64,000 bases of DNA from Escherichia phage FL33: the sequence record PP400788; one strand, 5' to 3'. Positions 54,528 to 64,000 of the stretch are shown here, piece by piece. The first letter of the stretch is position 1. The number at the start of each line of letters is the position of its first letter. Position numbers and translations under genes: made by a program. The notes under the pieces were generated by a model. That model was not told where the DNA came from and ran no database searches. It saw nothing but the letters and a program-made list of their open reading frames with translations.

Positions 54528-57500
54528 ATGGCCGAGATTAAAAGAAAGTTCAGAGCAGAAGATGGTCTGGACGCAGGTGGTGATAAAATAATCAACGTAG
54601 CTTTAGCTGATCGTACCGTAGGAACTGACGGTGTTAACGTTGATTACTTAATTCAAGAAAACACAGTTCAACAATATGATCCAACTCGTGGATATTTAAA
54701 AGATTTTGTAATCATTTATGATAACCGCTTTTGGGCTGCTATAAATGATATTCCAAAACCAGCAGGAGCTTTTAATAGCGTACGATGGAGAGCGTTACGT
54801 ACTGATGCAAACTGGACAACTGTTTCATCAGGACCTTATCAATTAAAGTCAGGTGAATCAATTTCAGTTGATACTGCAGCTGGTAATGACATTACATTTA
54901 CTTTACCATCTTCTCCAATTGATGGTGATACTATCGTTCTCCAAGACATTGGAGGAAAACCTGGAGTTAACCAAGTTTTAATTACAGCTCCGGTACAAAG
55001 CATTGTAAATTTTAGAGGTCAGCAAGTACGATCAGTACTAATGACTCATCCAAAATCACAGATAGTTTTAATTTTTAGTAATCGTCTGTGGCAAATGTAT
55101 GTCGCTGATTATAGTAGAGAAGCTGTAGTTGTAACGCCTGCGAGTCTCTATCAGGCGCAATCAAACGATTTTATCGTACGTAGATTTACTTCTGCTGCAC
55201 CAATTAATGTTAAACTTCCAAGATTTGCTAATCATGGCGATATTATTAATTTCGTCGATTTAGATAAACTGAATCCACTTTATCATACAATTGTTACTAC
55301 ATACGATGAAACGACTTCAGTACAAGAAGTTGGAACTCATTCCATTGAAGGCCGTACATCGATTGACGGTTTCTTGATGTTTGATGATAATGAGAAATTG
55401 TGGAGATTGTTTGACGGGGATAGTAAAGCACGTTTACGCATTATAACGACTAATTCTAATATTCGTCCAAACGAAGAAGTTATGGTATTTGGTGCGAATA
55501 ACGGAACAACTCAAACAATTGAGCTTCAGCTTCCAACTAATATTTCTGTTGGTGATACTGTTAAAATTTCCATGAATTACATGAGAAAAGGACAAACAGT
55601 TAAAATCAAAGCTGCTGGTGAAGATAAAATTGCTTCTTCAGTTCAATTGCTGCAATTCCCAAAACGTTCAGAATATCCGCCTGAAACTAAATGGGTTACA
55701 GTTCAAGAATTAGTTTTTAATGGTGAAACTAATTATGTTCCAGTTTTGCAACTTGCTTATATAGAAGATTCTGATGGAAAATATTGGGTTGTGCAACAAA
55801 ATGTTCCAACTGTAGAAAGAGTTGATTCTTTAAATGATTCTACTAGAGCAAGATTAGGCGTAATTGCTTTAGCTACACAAGCTCAAGCTAACGTCGATTT
55901 AGAAAATTCTCCACAAAAAGAATTAGCAATTACTCCAGAAACATTAGCTAACCGTACTGCTACTGAAACTCGCAGAGGTATTGCAAGAATAGCAACTACT
56001 GCTCAAGTGAATCAGAACACCACATTCTCTTTTGCTGATGATATTATCATCACTCCTAAAAAGCTGAATGAAAGAACTGCTACAGAAACTCGCAGAGGTG
56101 TCGCAGAAATTGCTACGCAGCAAGAAACTAATGCAGGTACTGATGATACAACCATCATTACTCCTAAAAAGCTTCAAGCTCGTCAAGGTTCTGAATCATT
56201 ATCTGGTATTGTAACTTTTGTATCTACTGCAGGTGCTACTCCAGCTTCTAGCCGTGAATTAAATGGTACGAATGTTTATAATAAAAACACTAATAACTTA
56301 GTTGTTTCGCCAAAAGCTTTGGATCAGTATAAAGCTACTCCAACGCAACAAGGTGCAGTAATTTTAGCAGTTGAAAGTGAAGTAATTGCTGGACAAAGCC
56401 AAGAAGGATGGGCAAATGCGGTTGTAACGCCAGAAACGTTACATAAAAAGACATCAACTGATGGAAGAATTGGTTTAATTGAAATTGCTACGCAAAGTGA
56501 AGTTAATACAGGAACTGATTATACTCGTGCAGTCACTCCTAAAACTTTAAATGACCGTAGAGCAACTGAAAGTTTAAGTGGTATAGCTGAAATTGCTACA
56601 CAAGTTGAATTCGACGCAGGCGTCGACGATACTCGTATCTCTACACCATTAAAAATTAAAACCAGATTTAATAGTACTGATCGTACTTCTGTTGTTGCTC
56701 TATCTGGATTAGTTGAATCAGGAACTCTCTGGGACCATTATACCCTTAATATTCTTGAAGCAAATGAGACACAGCGTGGTACACTTCGTGTAGCTACACA
56801 GGTTGAAGCTGCTGCAGGAACATTAGATAATGTTTTAATAACTCCTAAAAAGCTTTTAGGTACTAAATCTACCGAATCGCAAGAAGGTGTTATTAAAGTT
56901 GCAACTCAGTCTGAAACTGTGACTGGAACGTCAGCAAATACTGCTGTATCTCCAAAAAATTTAAAATGGATTGTGCAGAGTGAACCTACTTGGGCAGCTA
57001 CTACTGCAATAAGAGGTTTTGTTAAAACTTCATCTGGTTCAATTACATTCGTTGGTAATGATACAGTAGGTTCTACCCAAGATTTAGATCTATACGAGAA
57101 AAATAGCTATGCGGTATCACCATATGAATTAAACCGCGTATTAGCAAATTATCTGCCGTTAAAAGCAAAAGCTGTAGATAGTAATTTATTGGATGGTCTA
57201 GATTCATCTCAGTTCATTCGTAGGGATATTGCACAGACGGTTAATGGTTCACTAACCTTAACCCAACAAACGAATCTGAGTGCCCCTCTTGTATCATCTA
57301 GTACTGCTACGTTTGGTGGTTCAGTTTCGGCAAATAGTGTACTAACTATTTCTAATACTGGAACAGCAACTCGTCTGATTTTTGAAAAAGGACCTCAGAC
57401 TGGAACGAACCCGGCTCAAACGATGACAGTCAGCGTGTGGGGGAATCAATTTAGTGGGGAATCAAACACAACACGTTCTACCGTATTTGAAGTTAGTGAT

Positions 57501-58397
57501 GAAACATCTTATCACTTTTATTCTCAACGCGATAAAGATGGCAATATAGCATTTAGCATTAATGGTACTGTAATGCCAATAAATGTGAATGCTTTAGGTT
57601 CTTTGAACGCGAACGGCGTTGCAACATTCGGTAGTTCAGTTACTGCTAATGGCGAATTTATCAGTAAATCGTCGAATGCTTTTAGAGCAATAAACGGTGA
57701 TTATGGATTCTTTATTCGTAATGATGCTGCTAACACCTATTTTATGCTTACTGCATCTGGTGATCAGACTGGTGGATTTAATGGATTACGTCCATTATCA
57801 ATTAATAATCAATCTGGTCAGGTTACAATTGGTGAAAGCTTAATCATTGCCAAAGGCGCTACTATAACTTCAGGTGGTTTAACTGTCAACTCGAGAATTC
57901 GTTCTCAAGGTACTAAAACCTCTGATTTATATACTCGTGCGCCAACATCTGATACTGTAGGATTCTGGTCAATCGATATTAATGATTCAGCCACTTATAA
58001 CCAGTTCCCGGGTTATTTTAAGATGGTTGAAAAGACTAATGAAGTGACTGGACTTCCATACTTAGAACGTGGCGAAGAAGTTAAATCTCCTGGTACATTG
58101 ACTCAGTTTGGTAACACACTCGATTCGCTTTATCAAGATTGGATTACTTATCCAACGACCCCAGAAGCGCGCACCACTCGCTGGACGCGCACATGGCAGA
58201 AAACCAAAAACTCTTGGTCAAGTTTTGTTCAGGTATTTGATGGGGGTAACCCTCCTCAGCCGTCTGATATCGGTGCTTTACCATCTGATAATGCTATAAT
58301 GGGGAATCTTACTATTCGTGATTTCTTACGAATTGGTAATGTTCGCATTATTCCTGACCCAGTGAATAAAACGGTTAAATTTGAATGGGTTGAATAA
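54528..58397 (+). CDS. 34: long tail fibre proximal subunit gp34
   Basis: 1289-aa ORF with repeated beta-rich segments; T4 gp34 length. Confidence 0.95.
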   Translation: MAEIKRKFRAEDGLDAGGDKIINVALADRTVGTDGVNVDYLIQENTVQQYDPTRGYLKDFVIIYDNRFWAAINDIPKPAGAFNSVRWRALRTDANWTTVSSGPYQLKSGESISVDTAAGNDITFTLPSSPIDGDTIVLQDIGGKPGVNQVLITAPVQSIVNFRGQQVRSVLMTHPKSQIVLIFSNRLWQMYVADYSREAVVVTPASLYQAQSNDFIVRRFTSAAPINVKLPRFANHGDIINFVDLDKLNPLYHTIVTTYDETTSVQEVGTHSIEGRTSIDGFLMFDDNEKLWRLFDGDSKARLRIITTNSNIRPNEEVMVFGANNGTTQTIELQLPTNISVGDTVKISMNYMRKGQTVKIKAAGEDKIASSVQLLQFPKRSEYPPETKWVTVQELVFNGETNYVPVLQLAYIEDSDGKYWVVQQNVPTVERVDSLNDSTRARLGVIALATQAQANVDLENSPQKELAITPETLANRTATETRRGIARIATTAQVNQNTTFSFADDIIITPKKLNERTATETRRGVAEIATQQETNAGTDDTTIITPKKLQARQGSESLSGIVTFVSTAGATPASSRELNGTNVYNKNTNNLVVSPKALDQYKATPTQQGAVILAVESEVIAGQSQEGWANAVVTPETLHKKTSTDGRIGLIEIATQSEVNTGTDYTRAVTPKTLNDRRATESLSGIAEIATQVEFDAGVDDTRISTPLKIKTRFNSTDRTSVVALSGLVESGTLWDHYTLNILEANETQRGTLRVATQVEAAAGTLDNVLITPKKLLGTKSTESQEGVIKVATQSETVTGTSANTAVSPKNLKWIVQSEPTWAATTAIRGFVKTSSGSITFVGNDTVGSTQDLDLYEKNSYAVSPYELNRVLANYLPLKAKAVDSNLLDGLDSSQFIRRDIAQTVNGSLTLTQQTNLSAPLVSSSTATFGGSVSANSVLTISNTGTATRLIFEKGPQTGTNPAQTMTVSVWGNQFSGESNTTRSTVFEVSDETSYHFYSQRDKDGNIAFSINGTVMPINVNALGSLNANGVATFGSSVTANGEFISKSSNAFRAINGDYGFFIRNDAANTYFMLTASGDQTGGFNGLRPLSINNQSGQVTIGESLIIAKGATITSGGLTVNSRIRSQGTKTSDLYTRAPTSDTVGFWSIDINDSATYNQFPGYFKMVEKTNEVTGLPYLERGEEVKSPGTLTQFGNTLDSLYQDWITYPTTPEARTTRWTRTWQKTKNSWSSFVQVFDGGNPPQPSDIGALPSDNAIMGNLTIRDFLRIGNVRIIPDPVNKTVKFEWVE

Positions 58398-58405
58398 GAG
58401 GTATT

Positions 58406-59521
58406 ATGGAAAAATTTATGGCAGAGTTTGGACAAGGATATGTCCAAACGCCATTTTTATCGGAAAGCAATTCAGTAAGATATAAAATAAGTATAGCGGG
58501 TTCTTGCCCGCTTTCTACCGCAGGACCATACGTTAAATTTCAAGATAATCCTGTAGGAAGTCAAACATTTAGTGCAGGTCTTCATTTAAGAGTTTTTGAC
58601 CCTTCCACGGGAGCATTGGTTGATAGTAAGTCATATGTTTTTTCTACTTCAAATGATACAACATCTGCTGCTTTTGTTAGTTTCATGAATTCTTTTTCAA
58701 GCAATAGACTTGTTGCCATATTAACTAGCGGAAAGGTTAATTTTCCTCCTGAAGTAGTATCTTGGTTAAGAACGGCAGGAACATCTGCTTTTCCATCTGA
58801 TTCTTTATTGTCAAGATTTGACGTATCATATGCTGCCTTTTACACTTCTTCTAAAAGAGCTATCGCACTAGAGCATGTTAAACTGAGTAACAGAAAAAGC
58901 ACAGATGACTATCAAACTATATTAGATGTAGTATTTGATAGTTTAGAAGATGTTGGAGCGACAGGATTTCCTAAAAGAACATATGAAAGCGTTGAGCAAT
59001 TTATGTCAGCTGTTGGTGGAACTAATAACGAAATTGCACGTCTACCTACAGCATCTGCAATAAGTAAACTCTCTGATTATAATTTAATTCCTGGAGATGT
59101 TCTTTATCTTAAAGCACAACTATATGCTGATGCTGATTTACTTGCTCTTGGAACTACAAATATATCTATCCGTTTTTATAATGCGTCGAATGGATATATT
59201 TCCTCGACACAAGCTGAGTTTACAGGACAGGCTGGATCTTGGGAATTAAAAGAAGATTATGTAGTTGTTCCTGAAAATGCAGTAGGATTTACGATATACG
59301 CACAGAGAACTGCACAAGCGGGTCAAGGCGGTATGAGAAATTTAAGCTTTTCTGAAGTGTCAAGAAATGGCGGCATTTCAAAACCTGCTGAGTTTGGCGT
59401 CAATGGTATTCGAGTTAATTATATCTGTGAATCTGCTTCACCTCCGGATATAATGGTACTTCCTACGCAAGCATCGTCTAAAACTGGTAAAGTGTTTGGA
59501 CAGGAATTTAGAGAAGTTTAA
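58406..59521 (+). CDS. 35: long tail fibre hinge protein gp35
   Basis: 371-aa ORF directly after 34. Confidence 0.9.
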   Translation: MEKFMAEFGQGYVQTPFLSESNSVRYKISIAGSCPLSTAGPYVKFQDNPVGSQTFSAGLHLRVFDPSTGALVDSKSYVFSTSNDTTSAAFVSFMNSFSSNRLVAILTSGKVNFPPEVVSWLRTAGTSAFPSDSLLSRFDVSYAAFYTSSKRAIALEHVKLSNRKSTDDYQTILDVVFDSLEDVGATGFPKRTYESVEQFMSAVGGTNNEIARLPTASAISKLSDYNLIPGDVLYLKAQLYADADLLALGTTNISIRFYNASNGYISSTQAEFTGQAGSWELKEDYVVVPENAVGFTIYAQRTAQAGQGGMRNLSFSEVSRNGGISKPAEFGVNGIRVNYICESASPPDIMVLPTQASSKTGKVFGQEFREV

Positions 59522-59526
59522 ATTGA

Positions 59527-59549
59527 GGGAGCCTTCGGGTTCCCTTTTT
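59527..59549 (+). terminator. hairpin terminator after gene 35
   Basis: gggagcc-ttcg-ggttccc UUCG hairpin + TTTTT, closely related to the gene 23 terminator. Confidence 0.75.
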
Positions 59550-59552
59550 CTT

Positions 59553-59560
59553 TATAAATA
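59553..59560 (+). promoter_or_regulatory. late promoter TATAAATA upstream of gene 36
   Basis: Exact TATAAATA 24 nt upstream of ATG 59584. Confidence 0.7.
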
Positions 59561-59583
59561 CTATTAAAATAAAGGGGCATACA

Positions 59584-60240
59584 ATGGCTGATTTAAAAGT
59601 AGGTTCAACAACTGGAGGCTCTGTCATTTGGCATCAAGGAAATTTTCCATTGAATCCAGCCGGTGACGATGTACTCTATAAATCATTTAAAATATATTCA
59701 GAATATAATAAACCACAAGCTGCTGATAACGATTTCGTTTCTAAAGCTAATGGTGGTACATATTTAAAAAAAGTAATTTTTAATAAAGGAATGGCTGTTC
59801 CTGGTGCTGGGTCAGGTGACAACGGTATTTTTGCCGGTCCTGGTGATAATGCCACATATGATACTACAAATATGGATATTGTTTCATGGTATGGTATCGG
59901 CTTTAAATCATCACAAGGGGCAGCAGGTAGAACTGTAGTAATTAACACACGAAACGGAGATATTAGCTCAAAGGGTGTAATTGAAGCATCACAAATACGC
60001 GCAACTTCGTTATCACCAGTAAATAATTATGACCTTACGAGGAAAGATTATGTTGATGGAGCAATAAATATTGTTACAGCAAACGCAAACTCTAGGGTAT
60101 TACGCTCTGGAGACACTATGATAGGAAATTTAACTGCGCCAAACCTTTTTTCACAGAATCCTGCATCTCAACCCTCGCATGTTCCACGATTTGACCAAAT
60201 TGTTATTAAGGATTCTGTTCAAGATTTCGGCTATTATTAA
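59584..60240 (+). CDS. 36: long tail fibre distal connector gp36
   Basis: 218-aa ORF between 35 and 37. Confidence 0.9.
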   Translation: MADLKVGSTTGGSVIWHQGNFPLNPAGDDVLYKSFKIYSEYNKPQAADNDFVSKANGGTYLKKVIFNKGMAVPGAGSGDNGIFAGPGDNATYDTTNMDIVSWYGIGFKSSQGAAGRTVVINTRNGDISSKGVIEASQIRATSLSPVNNYDLTRKDYVDGAINIVTANANSRVLRSGDTMIGNLTAPNLFSQNPASQPSHVPRFDQIVIKDSVQDFGYY

Positions 60241-60248
60241 GAGGACTT

Positions 60249-63200
60249 ATGGCTACTTTAAAACAAATACAATTTAAAAGAAGCAAAACTGCAGGAGCAC
60301 GTCCTGCCGCTTCAGTATTAGCCGAAGGTGAATTGGCTATAAACTTAAAAGACCGTGTACTTTTTACTAAAGATGACCAAGGAAATATTATTGATCTGGG
60401 TTTTGCTAAAGGCGGTAGTATTGACGGGAATGTTATTCATACAGGCAATTATAACCAAACTGGCGATTATACTTTAAACGGTACATTCACCCAGACTGGT
60501 AATTTTAATTTAATCGGTATTGCTCGAGTAACTCGTGATATTATTGCTGCTGGGCAGATTATGACTGAAGGCGGAGAACTTATTACAAAAAGTTCAGGAA
60601 CGGCACACGTTCGTTTTCATGATTCCGCCGACCGTGAACGCGGTATTATTTTTTCTCCTGCTAATGACGGTTTAACTACACAAGTAATTAACATCAGAGT
60701 TCAAGATTACAAAGCCGGTTCAGAAAGCACTTTCGCTTTTAATGGAAATGGTTTGTTTTCTTCACCAGAAGTTTTTGGGTGGAAATCTGTATCAACTCCG
60801 GTAATTTATACCAATAAAGTTATCACCAATAAAAAAGTTAAAGATGATTATGACATCTATTCGATGGCAGACAATGTTCCATTGTCTGAAAGCACTACTG
60901 CTATTAATCATCTTCGTGTCATGCGTAATGCCGTTGGTTCTGGTATTTTCCATGAAGTTAAAGATAATGATGGAATAACTTGGTATGCAGGTGATGGACT
61001 TGACACCTATCTTTGGTCATTTACTTGGAGCGGCGGAATTAAATCAAGTCACTCAATTTCTATTGGTTTAACACCTGGTAATAAAGATTATTCAATATTA
61101 GGACCATCTAGTATTGCTTTAGGAGATAATGATACTGGATTTAAATGGCATCAAGATGGATATTATTTTAGCGTTAATAATGGAACAAAAACGTTTTTAT
61201 TTAGTCCTAGCGAAACAACTAGCCTAAGAAAATTTGTAGCTGGATATTCTACTAACGGAACCGATTTAACTACTCCTCCAACTGAAAACTATGCTCTCGC
61301 TACTGTCGTGACATATCACGATAATAACGCGTTTGGAGATGGTCAGACTCTTTTAGGATATTATCAAGGCGGTAACTATCATCATTATTTCCGCGGCAAG
61401 GGTACCACAAACATTAATACTCACGGCGGTTTGTTAGTTACTCCTGGTAATATTGACGTTATTGGTGGTTCTGTTAATATCGATGGTAGAAATAATGCTT
61501 CTACACTGATGTTTAGAGGTAACACAACTGGTAGTAGTTCAGTTGATAATATGACAATTTCCGTGTGGGGTAATACATTTACTATTCCTAGTGAAGGTAA
61601 TCGCAAAAATGTCATGGAAATTTCTGATGCAACTAGTTGGATGAGCTATATTCAAAGACTTACAACAGGTGAAGTAGAAATGAACGTTAACGGTTCATTT
61701 GAATCATCTGGTGTTACTGCTGGACATAGAGGAGTTCACACAACAGGTGAAATTTCATCTGGAGCAGTGAATGCGCTTCGCATTTGGAATGCAGATTATG
61801 GAGCCATTTTTAGACGTTCAGAAGGAAGTCTTCATATTATTCCGACTGCTTATGGTGAAGGCAAAAATGGTGATATCGGTCCACTTCGCCCGTTTAGTAT
61901 GGCTTTAGATACCGGTAAAGTTACTATTCCAGATTTACAATCAAGTTACAATACGTTCGCTGCGAACGGCTATATTAAATTTGTTGGTCATGGCGCTGGC
62001 GCTGGTGGTTATGACATTCAATATGTTCAAGCGGCTCCTATTTTTCAGGAAATCGATGATGATGCTGTAAGCAAATATTATCCTATTGTTAAACAGAAGT
62101 TTCTAAACGGTAAATCCGTTTGGTCTTTAGGTACTGAAATTAATTCAGGTACATTCGTGATACACCATATCAAAGAAGATGGAACACAGGGCCATGCATC
62201 AAGATTTAATGCTGATGGTACAGTTAACTTCCCGGATAACGTTCTGGTCGGCGGTGATATTAACATGAAAGGCTTGATGACTTTTGACGCCGGACGTTTA
62301 GGATCACGAGATTATTTTAAATTTAACCATTGGGGTGATAGCAATAACGCTCGTGATAACATCATCCAGTTAGAAGATAGTCAAGGCGCCCATTTTTCCA
62401 CTGAACGTACTTTAGCGACAGGTGCAATTAAAACTCGTTTCTTTGGCGAAACATTCACTGATGGTACATTATACCTAAATCAGATGCATAATAGCTCTGA
62501 ACGATTCTCTATCAGCAATTGGGGAAATTCAGAAGTTGGACGCGCGGCAGTATTGGAAGTCGGCGATTCAAAAGGTTATCACTTCTATGCTGAACGCAGG
62601 ACAGATAACAGTTTGATGTTTGATGTTGCTGGTTCTTTGACCGTACATGGACCTAGCGGAATAACCATCAAAAACTCAACTGGTGCTCGCCATATCTGGT
62701 TTAGAGATGATAGCGATGCAGAAAAGGCTGTTATCTGGGCTACAGATGAGGGTATTTTACATATACGAAATAATCATGGGGGTTCATTTAGTCATCACTT
62801 CCAGGGTGCAATGATTAAAGCGGGAGAGCAAGTTCCTTATAATAGTGAATACGCTCTTATCCGTGGTGATGTTTTTGGTGGTGCTTGGGATGACTGGCGC
62901 AACCGTCCTGCTGGTATTCTCTTAGATTGTCAGGATTCACATACCCGAGCATATTCAATTTGGAAAGCAACTCATTGGGGTGTTGATCATCTTGCGGCAA
63001 TGGGTGTTCATGCTGGCGGTGGTCAAGCTACCGTAATGATGCATATGAACAAAGGCGGCTGGTATTCATGGGCTGCAAATGGTGATTTCACATCTAGTGC
63101 GTCGGTTTACTGTAACGATGTTTATATTCGTTCCGACCGTCGTCTGAAAATTAACGTTGAAGACTACGAAGAAAATGCGGTAGATAAGGTAAATAAACTA

Positions 63201-63485
63201 AAAGTTAAAACCTACGATAAAGTTAAGTCTCTTTCTGACCGAGAAGTCATCGCACATGAGATTGGTATTATCGCGCAGGATTTACAAGAAATTTTACCGG
63301 AAGCTGTTAGCACTTCTAATGTCGGATCTCTTGATAACCCAGAAGAGATTTTAACAATTTCTAACTCTACAGTGAATGCTCTTTTAATTAAGGCTATTCA
63401 GGAAATGAGTGAAGAAATTAAAGAATTGAAAACGCCTCTCTTTACTAAAATTGCTCGCAAAATTAGTAAATATTTTAAATTCTAA
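60249..63485 (+). CDS. 37: long tail fibre distal subunit gp37 with C-terminal intramolecular-chaperone-like domain
   Basis: 1078-aa ORF; N-terminus MATLKQIQFKRSKTAGARPAASVLAEGELA...; C-terminal ~120 aa resembles autoproteolytic chaperone domains. Confidence 0.9.
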   Translation: MATLKQIQFKRSKTAGARPAASVLAEGELAINLKDRVLFTKDDQGNIIDLGFAKGGSIDGNVIHTGNYNQTGDYTLNGTFTQTGNFNLIGIARVTRDIIAAGQIMTEGGELITKSSGTAHVRFHDSADRERGIIFSPANDGLTTQVINIRVQDYKAGSESTFAFNGNGLFSSPEVFGWKSVSTPVIYTNKVITNKKVKDDYDIYSMADNVPLSESTTAINHLRVMRNAVGSGIFHEVKDNDGITWYAGDGLDTYLWSFTWSGGIKSSHSISIGLTPGNKDYSILGPSSIALGDNDTGFKWHQDGYYFSVNNGTKTFLFSPSETTSLRKFVAGYSTNGTDLTTPPTENYALATVVTYHDNNAFGDGQTLLGYYQGGNYHHYFRGKGTTNINTHGGLLVTPGNIDVIGGSVNIDGRNNASTLMFRGNTTGSSSVDNMTISVWGNTFTIPSEGNRKNVMEISDATSWMSYIQRLTTGEVEMNVNGSFESSGVTAGHRGVHTTGEISSGAVNALRIWNADYGAIFRRSEGSLHIIPTAYGEGKNGDIGPLRPFSMALDTGKVTIPDLQSSYNTFAANGYIKFVGHGAGAGGYDIQYVQAAPIFQEIDDDAVSKYYPIVKQKFLNGKSVWSLGTEINSGTFVIHHIKEDGTQGHASRFNADGTVNFPDNVLVGGDINMKGLMTFDAGRLGSRDYFKFNHWGDSNNARDNIIQLEDSQGAHFSTERTLATGAIKTRFFGETFTDGTLYLNQMHNSSERFSISNWGNSEVGRAAVLEVGDSKGYHFYAERRTDNSLMFDVAGSLTVHGPSGITIKNSTGARHIWFRDDSDAEKAVIWATDEGILHIRNNHGGSFSHHFQGAMIKAGEQVPYNSEYALIRGDVFGGAWDDWRNRPAGILLDCQDSHTRAYSIWKATHWGVDHLAAMGVHAGGGQATVMMHMNKGGWYSWAANGDFTSSASVYCNDVYIRSDRRLKINVEDYEENAVDKVNKLKVKTYDKVKSLSDREVIAHEIGIIAQDLQEILPEAVSTSNVGSLDNPEEILTISNSTVNALLIKAIQEMSEEIKELKTPLFTKIARKISKYFKF

Positions 63486-63492
63486 CAACAAG

Positions 63493-63510
63493 GGGGAAAT
63501 GCCCCCTTTG
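63493..63510 (+). terminator. hairpin after gene 37
   Basis: ggggg-aaatg-ccccc hairpin + TTT 8 nt after stop; must be leaky since gene 38 follows. Confidence 0.5.
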
Positions 63511-63521
63511 GAGTATAAATT

Positions 63522-64000
63522 ATGGCAGTAGTTGGAGTTCCTGGCTGGATTGGAAGTTCAGCCGTAAATGAAACGGGTCAGCGCTGGATGAGTCAAGCAG
63601 CTGGTCAATTAAGATTGGGTGTTCCTTGCTGGATGAGTCAATTTGCAGGTCGCTCAAGAGAAATTATTCATACACTTGGAGCAGACCATAACTTCAATGG
63701 TCAATGGTTCCGAGATAGATGTTTTGAGGCAGGTAGTGCACCTATAGTGTTTAATATCACTGGAGAATTAGTATCATATTCTAAAGATGTTCCTTTATTC
63801 TTTATGTATGGAGATACCCCTAACGAATATGTTACTTTGAATATTCATGGTGGTGTTCATATGTGGGGCCGAGGTGGTAACGGTACTGTAAACGGAAACC
63901 CAGGCACAAATGGTGGCGATGTAATCCAAAATGATATCGGCGGAAGACTTCGTATTTGGAACTATGGCGTTATTGCATCAGGCGGCGGCGGCGGTGGTGC
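63522..64000 (+). CDS. 38: gp38 receptor-recognising adhesin, T2-type (3' end outside window)
   Basis: Frame open to window end; [47 protein letters not shown]... ending in polyglycine run; GGAG RBS upstream. Confidence 0.85.
   Translation, partial: MAVVGVPGWIGSSAVNETGQRWMSQAAGQLRLGVPCWMSQFAGRSREIIHTLGADHNFNGQWFRDRCFEAGSAPIVFNITGELVSYSKDVPLFFMYGDTPNEYVTLNIHGGVHMWGRGGNGTVNGNPGTNGGDVIQNDIGGRLRIWNYGVIASGGGGGG

Noticed and set aside
63514-63520. TATAAAT directly before the gene 38 ATG as a late promoter
   Set aside because: It lies 1-2 nt from the start codon, so a transcript starting there would lack an RBS. More likely part of the RBS spacer, with gene 38 co-transcribed with 37.

Overview
This window is a contiguous ~64-kb stretch of a T4-like (T-even, Tevenvirinae) myovirus genome in standard T4 map order. 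It runs from the end of terminase gene 17 through tail sheath/tube (18, 19), head genes (20, 67, 68, 21, 22, 23, 24), rnlB, hoc, inh, uvsW, uvsY, baseplate/tail genes (25, 26, 51, 27, 28, 29, 48, 54), two tandem Alt-type ADP-ribosyltransferases, DNA ligase (30) and its small early ORF cluster, rIII, 31, cd, pseT, a spanin pair, alc, rnlA, denA, nrdB, nrdA, td (group I intron with I-TevI), frd, 32, 59, 33, dsbA, rnh and long-tail-fibre genes 34-37, ending in the start of a T2-type gp38 adhesin. Most of this is conserved core. Gene names are assigned by recognition of protein sequence and synteny from memory; no database search was run. I did not find a clearly new multi-gene system. The non-canonical content is: (1) nrdA split into two ORFs by an inserted HNH endonuclease gene; (2) an extra ORF between frd and td; (3) two intact, diverged Alt paralogues; (4) an exact 54-bp direct repeat carrying an early-promoter/RBS cassette at two loci 15 kb apart; (5) a NADAR-family ORF next to a HAD-type ORF in the gene 30 cluster; (6) a T2-type adhesin module at the fibre tip. 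No tRNA, rRNA or CRISPR features were recognised.
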